From an uncultured bacterium (GTDB taxonomy: Bacteria; Actinomycetota; Acidimicrobiia; Spongiisociales; ZC4RG35): a stretch of DNA of 64,000 bases. The translations under genes were made by a program, and so were the position numbers. The stretch covers positions 112,045 through 176,044 of the forward strand of contig CAVWBT010000008.1 of NCBI GenBank assembly GCA_963753285.1, in the 5' to 3' direction. Under the pieces are notes generated by a model. That model was not told where the DNA came from. It saw only the letters and a list, made by a program, of their open reading frames with translations, and searched no databases. Below are positions 59,189 to 64,000 of the stretch, piece after piece. Each line of letters begins with the position of its first letter. The stretch's first letter is position 1.

Positions 59189-60976
59189 ATGACCATTCCC
59201 CCACTCACCCCCATGCCTCTGAACACCCTTCTCGGGCGCATCGCCGAGGAGTGGGATTCACGGAGCCGGATCTTCGACCTCCCGACCGCCCGGTTCTACG
59301 ACGTGTCGTCGGGTCCCGACCTCTCGGTCGACTTCATGGGAAGGAGCGCCGCCACACCGATCGGACCGGCAGCCGGTCCCCACAGCCAGCTCGCCGAGAA
59401 CATCGTGCTCGCATGGCTCGGCGGGTCGAGGATCATCGAACTGAAGACCGTCCAGATCCTCGACGAGCTCGAGATAGGGCGACCGTGCATCGACATGGAG
59501 ACGATCGGCTTCAACATCGAGTGGAGCCAGGAGCTGCGGGTCGCCGAGTCACTCGAGGAGTACGTCAAGGCCTGGATGATGATCGACATCCTCTCGGGAT
59601 GGGGCGAGCTGAAATCTCACCTCGGGGCGGACCCGGGACCGCACATCTTCGATCTGTCGGTCGGTTACGACCTCGAGGGCATCCAGTCGGAGAAGGTTGC
59701 GGGGTTCATCGACGGCCTCGTCGATGCTTCGGCGGTGATCGAGCGGCTACGCGAAGCGATCCCAGAGTCGTTCGCTGCGTGGCGCGACCACGATTTCAAC
59801 CCTCACATCGCCGACACCGTCACCCTGTCGACCTTCCACGGATGCCCGCCGGATGAGATCGAGTCGATCACCAAGCACCTCATGACCCGGCACGGACTGG
59901 ACGTCGTCGTCAAGCTCAACCCGACCCTGCTCGGCTTCGACCGGGTGCACGGGATCCTCAAAGGCACGCTTGGATATGACGAGCTCCGGCTCAGGCGGTC
60001 GGACTTCGATGCCGACCTCCGGTTCGATCGTGGCATCGAGTTGATCGGAGAGCTCCGCCGTTTCGCGACCGACCACGACAGACGGTTCGGGATCAAACTC
60101 ACGAACACGATGGTGGTCGAGAACCATCGGGGCTTCATGCCCGACGACACGATGTACATGTCGGGACCACCGTTGCACGTGCTGTCGATGACGCTCCTCG
60201 GCGAGCTCGATGCCGCCCTGCCCGGGGTGCTCGCAGTCGGGGAGAACGATGGCGACGTCCAGGTGAGCTTCTCGGCCGGCATCACCAAGGAGAATCTCGG
60301 GCATGCCGTCGGCCTCGGGCTGGCCCCGGTCACGATCTGCTCCGACCTGCTCAAGCCGGGTGGCTACGGGCGGCTCAAGCCGATGTTGACGACGCTCGCC
60401 CACGACATGGGCGAGGCAGGCGCCTCCGACCTGGGCGCCTGGCGGACGGTCAGGACGGCGCAAGCGCACGCTGCCGGCCATCCGGGCGTCGTGTCGCACT
60501 ACATCGCGAGCCTCCACGATCCTGACACCAACGGGGCGTACACGCGCGACGGAACCTCGAAGTTGCCGCGGGCGGTCGACCACGAACTCGAGATGTGGGG
60601 CTGTGTTGCCTGCAACTTCTGCGTGACCGTCTGCCCCAACGACGCCTTCTTCCGCCTGCCCACGCCAGAAGAAATGGAGGTGGAAGGGAGACAGCAGTAC
60701 TTCGTGCTCGCCGAGCTCTGCAACGAGTGCGGAAACTGTCTCACGTTCTGTCCCGAGATCGGTGACCCTGCCGTCGTGAAACCCCGGATCTACACGGAGC
60801 TGTCCAGGTTCGAGACCGGAGACCGCCCCGGATTCCTCGTGACGGCCGGGACGGACCGCGTCGAAGTGCGTGCGGCACCGGGTCTCGATGCCGACGTCGA
60901 GCGGCTCTCGTGGATCCTCAACGAGCCGGAGGGACTGCCGCTCGAGCTGTCCACGCTGCTCGAGGCGGGTTCGTGA
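59189..60976 (+). CDS. YgfK-like oxidoreductase: N-terminal domain + 2x[4Fe-4S], lacking the central FAD/NAD(P) module
   Basis: TPIGPAAGPHSQLAENI, ELKTVQ, FNIEWS, TFHGCPPDEIE, KLNPTLLG, MYMSG, CVACNFCVTVCP, CNECGNC..FCP. Confidence 0.82.
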   Translation: MTIPPLTPMPLNTLLGRIAEEWDSRSRIFDLPTARFYDVSSGPDLSVDFMGRSAATPIGPAAGPHSQLAENIVLAWLGGSRIIELKTVQILDELEIGRPCIDMETIGFNIEWSQELRVAESLEEYVKAWMMIDILSGWGELKSHLGADPGPHIFDLSVGYDLEGIQSEKVAGFIDGLVDASAVIERLREAIPESFAAWRDHDFNPHIADTVTLSTFHGCPPDEIESITKHLMTRHGLDVVVKLNPTLLGFDRVHGILKGTLGYDELRLRRSDFDADLRFDRGIELIGELRRFATDHDRRFGIKLTNTMVVENHRGFMPDDTMYMSGPPLHVLSMTLLGELDAALPGVLAVGENDGDVQVSFSAGITKENLGHAVGLGLAPVTICSDLLKPGGYGRLKPMLTTLAHDMGEAGASDLGAWRTVRTAQAHAAGHPGVVSHYIASLHDPDTNGAYTRDGTSKLPRAVDHELEMWGCVACNFCVTVCPNDAFFRLPTPEEMEVEGRQQYFVLAELCNECGNCLTFCPEIGDPAVVKPRIYTELSRFETGDRPGFLVTAGTDRVEVRAAPGLDADVERLSWILNEPEGLPLELSTLLEAGS

Positions 60977-61548
60977 TCACACTGGCCCTGCCCGACTGGC
61001 TCGACGACGCCGTAACGAACTTCGCCGGGCACCGCACCGACGCAGAGCGCATGGGCGGTGTGATCGAACTCGCCCGCCGCAACGTCGACGAGCAGACGGG
61101 CGGGCCGTTCTCGGCTGCGATCTTCGACACCGCCTCGGGTCGGTTGATCGCCGCAGGCGTGAACGTCGTCGTCCCCACCAACGCAGCCATCGCCCACGCC
61201 GAGGCAATGGCGGTCGCAGCGGCCGGCCAGAGGCTCGAGTCGTTCGATCTCGGAAGGCACGGGCCCACGTCGCTGTTTGCATCGACCGAGCCCTGCGTGA
61301 TGTGTATGGGCGTGACCGTGTGGTCGGGCGTGTCGAGACTCGTGTGTGCCGGGAGGGACGAAGACGCACGTGAGATCGGGTTCGATGAAGGCCCCAAGCA
61401 CCCCGATTGGGTGGCAGAGTTGGAGAGGCGAGGCATCACGGTCGAGCGCGACCTCGAACGGGGCTCGTCGATCGAGGTTCTCCGCCACTACCTGGCAAGC
61501 GGGGGAAGCATCTACAACGCCGGTATCGGGGAGGGTGGCCATGCATGA
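60973..61548 (+). CDS. Zn-dependent nucleobase/nucleoside deaminase (guanine deaminase-like)
   Basis: GGPF, AHAE, PCVMC, GFDEG. Confidence 0.85.
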   Translation: MITLALPDWLDDAVTNFAGHRTDAERMGGVIELARRNVDEQTGGPFSAAIFDTASGRLIAAGVNVVVPTNAAIAHAEAMAVAAAGQRLESFDLGRHGPTSLFASTEPCVMCMGVTVWSGVSRLVCAGRDEDAREIGFDEGPKHPDWVAELERRGITVERDLERGSSIEVLRHYLASGGSIYNAGIGEGGHA

Positions 61549-62968
61549 AGTCCAGCTGAGGGGCACTCGGGCCACGCGCCATCTCGTGGCCTCGACCATC
61601 GGCGAGGCGGTGGAGATGCTCGCCGTCGAAGGAGAGCGGGCTCGAGTGATCGCCGGCGGAACCGACCTGCTTCTCGAGATGGAGCGACGCCAACGGCCCG
61701 AGATCGACACGCTGATCGACATCACCGGCATCCCCGGCCTTGCCGGCATCGATTTCAGAGACGAACGGATCCACATCGGAGCACTCACGACCCACAACCA
61801 GGTCGTCGCCTCCGACGTGGCGTGGAAGCATCTCACGCCTCTGGCTCAAGCGTGCCACGAGGTCGCCTCGCCGCAGCTGCGCAATCAGGCGACGGTCGTC
61901 GGCAACCTGGTCACCGCAAGCCCGGCCAACGACACCATCACACCGTTGCGCGCCCTGGGGACGACAGTGCACGTCGAGTCCACAGATGGGGCCCGCAGCA
62001 TCGATCTGAGCGACCTGCACACCGGAGTCAGAAAGACCACACTCAGACCGGGCGAACTGGTGACCGGTCTCACCGTCGCCCCGCTTGCGGAGAACCAGCG
62101 CGCCGTCTACGTCAAGGCAGGGCTCCGCGCAGCGCAGGCGATCTCGGTCGTCCACTTGACGATTCTGCTCGAGTTCGCCGACGACGTCGTGCAAGACGCC
62201 AGGATCCTGCTGGGGTCGGTTGCACCGACGATCGTCCACAGCCCCGAAGCCGAGCAGGCATTGGTCGGAAGCCGGCTCGATGCGGACTCGATCGGGGCCG
62301 CCGCCCGGGCCGTCGTGGCGTCGGTCAGTCCGATCGACGACGTCAGATCGACGGCCGAGCACCGGCGGCGTCTGCTGGGCTCGATGACCACCCGGGCATT
62401 GACCACCCTCCGAGATGGAACGACGGCCGCGCCGGAGTCGCGGGTGCTGCTGTCACCCACCGGAACCGTCTTCGGGGCGACTCCGGCGGCAAACGCGGTG
62501 GTCGAGACGACCATCAACGGCACATCGGTCCGTGCGGCGGGCGCCATCGGCGAATCGTTGCTCGACTGGCTCCGCGACCACGCCGGACCGGCGTCGGGCT
62601 TCTCGCTCACCGGCACGAAGGAGGGCTGCGCCGAAGGCGAGTGCGGCGCATGCACCGTGATGATCGACGGCACCGCCGTGATGTCGTGTCTGGTCCCTGC
62701 GGTTCGGGCTCACGGCGCCCACATCACGACCGTCGAGGGCCTGGCACACGACGGCAGTCTGCACCCGGTCCAACAAGCCTTCATCGACGACGCCGCCGTG
62801 CAGTGCGGATTCTGCATCCCCGGCTTCCTCGTCTCCGGGGCTGCCCTGCTGGAAGAACAGGATCGACCGACCCGAGCCGAGATCCTCGAAGGCCTGAGCG
62901 GCAACCTCTGTCGCTGCACCGGCTACGTCAAGATCATCGACGCCATCGAGACGGCGGCACGGTCATGA
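61541..62968 (+). CDS. Mo-hydroxylase FAD subunit fused to a [2Fe-2S] subunit
   Basis: IAGGTDL, NQATVVGN, PIDDVRS, then TKEGCAEGECGAC, QCGFC, CRCTGY. Confidence 0.9.
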   Translation: MHEVQLRGTRATRHLVASTIGEAVEMLAVEGERARVIAGGTDLLLEMERRQRPEIDTLIDITGIPGLAGIDFRDERIHIGALTTHNQVVASDVAWKHLTPLAQACHEVASPQLRNQATVVGNLVTASPANDTITPLRALGTTVHVESTDGARSIDLSDLHTGVRKTTLRPGELVTGLTVAPLAENQRAVYVKAGLRAAQAISVVHLTILLEFADDVVQDARILLGSVAPTIVHSPEAEQALVGSRLDADSIGAAARAVVASVSPIDDVRSTAEHRRRLLGSMTTRALTTLRDGTTAAPESRVLLSPTGTVFGATPAANAVVETTINGTSVRAAGAIGESLLDWLRDHAGPASGFSLTGTKEGCAEGECGACTVMIDGTAVMSCLVPAVRAHGAHITTVEGLAHDGSLHPVQQAFIDDAAVQCGFCIPGFLVSGAALLEEQDRPTRAEILEGLSGNLCRCTGYVKIIDAIETAARS

Positions 62969-64000
62969 CACTGGGAACATCACAGCCCCGCATCGACGCG
63001 CCGGGCAAGGTCACGGGCGAGGCGAGGTATCCCGCCGACGCTCCTGCAGACGGGCACCTGCGCGCTCTCGTCGTCTTCAGCGATCAACCGCACGCCCGGA
63101 TGACCGCGATGGACCTGTCGGAGGCCCGATCCGTGCCCGGCGTCGTGGCGATCTTCACCGCGGCAGACGTCCCCGTGAACGAATACGGCCTGACGATGTC
63201 GGATCAGCCGGTGTTGGTGGGCCTCGACGACACCGGACGCTCGGAAGTGCCTGCAGACGTGAGTCGATGGGAGGCCGACCACATCGCACTCGTCGTCGCC
63301 GAGACGCTCGACGCCGCCCACACCGCTGCCGAGGCGATCGACGTGTCGTGGGAGCAGCTCCCCCTCGTGGCCGACATCGACGCCGCGCTCACCGACGGCG
63401 CCCCATTGGTGCATCCCGAGAAGGGATCGAACGCCTACCTGCACTACAAGATCCGCAAGGGCGACCCGTCGACCGCCTGGGACGAGGCAGCTGCGATCGT
63501 CGAAACCACCTACACCGTTCCTCACCAGGAGCACGCCTACCTCCAGCCCGAAGCCGCCATCGCCTACGTCGACGAACAGGGCAGGGTCACCGTGGAGATC
63601 GCAGGCCAGTGGACCCATGAGGACCAGATGCAGATCGCCCACGCCCTCGATCTCGACGACGAGCAAGTGCGGATCATCTACCCGGCCATCGGCGGCGCCT
63701 TCGGCGGGCGCGAGGACATGAGCCTCCAGATCGTGCTCGCACTTGCAGCGATGCGTTTGAGCGAGCGCGGCGAAACCCGGCCGATCCGATGCCAGTGGTC
63801 TCGCGAGGAGTCGATCGTGGGCCATCACAAGCGCCACCGCGGCCGGATCCACGCCAAGTGGGGCGCCAGGGCAGACGGGACACTCGTGGCGATCGAGGCC
63901 GAGGGGTATCTCGATGCCGGGGCCTACAACTACACCACGAACAAGGTGCTGGGGAACATGCACTTCACGCTCGCCGGGCCGTATCGATGTGACAACGTTC
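62965..64000 (+). CDS. Xanthine dehydrogenase family molybdopterin-binding subunit (partial)
   Basis: Manual translation MTLGTSQPRIDAPGKVTGEARYPAD...QEHAYLQPE...GGAFGGRED...HHKRH; runs off the window. Confidence 0.9.
   Translation, partial: MTLGTSQPRIDAPGKVTGEARYPADAPADGHLRALVVFSDQPHARMTAMDLSEARSVPGVVAIFTAADVPVNEYGLTMSDQPVLVGLDDTGRSEVPADVSRWEADHIALVVAETLDAAHTAAEAIDVSWEQLPLVADIDAALTDGAPLVHPEKGSNAYLHYKIRKGDPSTAWDEAAAIVETTYTVPHQEHAYLQPEAAIAYVDEQGRVTVEIAGQWTHEDQMQIAHALDLDDEQVRIIYPAIGGAFGGREDMSLQIVLALAAMRLSERGETRPIRCQWSREESIVGHHKRHRGRIHAKWGARADGTLVAIEAEGYLDAGAYNYTTNKVLGNMHFTLAGPYRCDNV

Noticed and set aside
55575-64000. Selenocysteine (in-frame TGA) recoding in the xdh cluster
   Set aside because: The ORFs are complete without read-through; the TGA codons seen are ordinary stops, mostly overlapping the next start

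Overview
High-GC bacterial chromosomal segment, probably Actinomycetota and Acidimicrobiia-like (inferred from DivIVA-like, PAC2, BTAD/SARP and MpaB-type genes and from codon usage). No rRNA, tRNA, CRISPR array, prophage or intact transposase is visible. From left to right it holds: a leuS-comEA-comEC-holA housekeeping/competence block interrupted by accessory genes (folP, a degenerate GGDEF protein, a DivIVA-like protein, PPK2, a structured 264-nt element); a heavily frameshifted LigD polymerase-domain gene; a BTAD-ATPase regulator followed by a secreted protein with 4x66-bp repeats; a two-component system divergent from an ApbE/ferric-reductase-like flavinylation module; the paaABCDE phenylacetyl-CoA epoxidase operon with a TetR regulator and a matching operator; an orphan IF-1 paralog; a dpp-type ABC operon whose binding protein appears circularly permuted; a YdeI pseudogene split by an inserted lipoprotein gene; and, from about 48.5 kb to the window end, a purine/ureide catabolic island. 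The island has two PLP fold-II enzymes, a nitrilase, RidA, an ArcE/cDPGS-like P-loop enzyme, a Se-dependent-type Xdh, a short SsnA, a truncated YgfK, a deaminase and a second Mo-hydroxylase. Several single-base indels (leuS, ligD, the BTAD gene end, the repeat protein, the 54-kb lipoprotein) look like assembly errors. All family calls come from motif recognition by eye; no searches were run.
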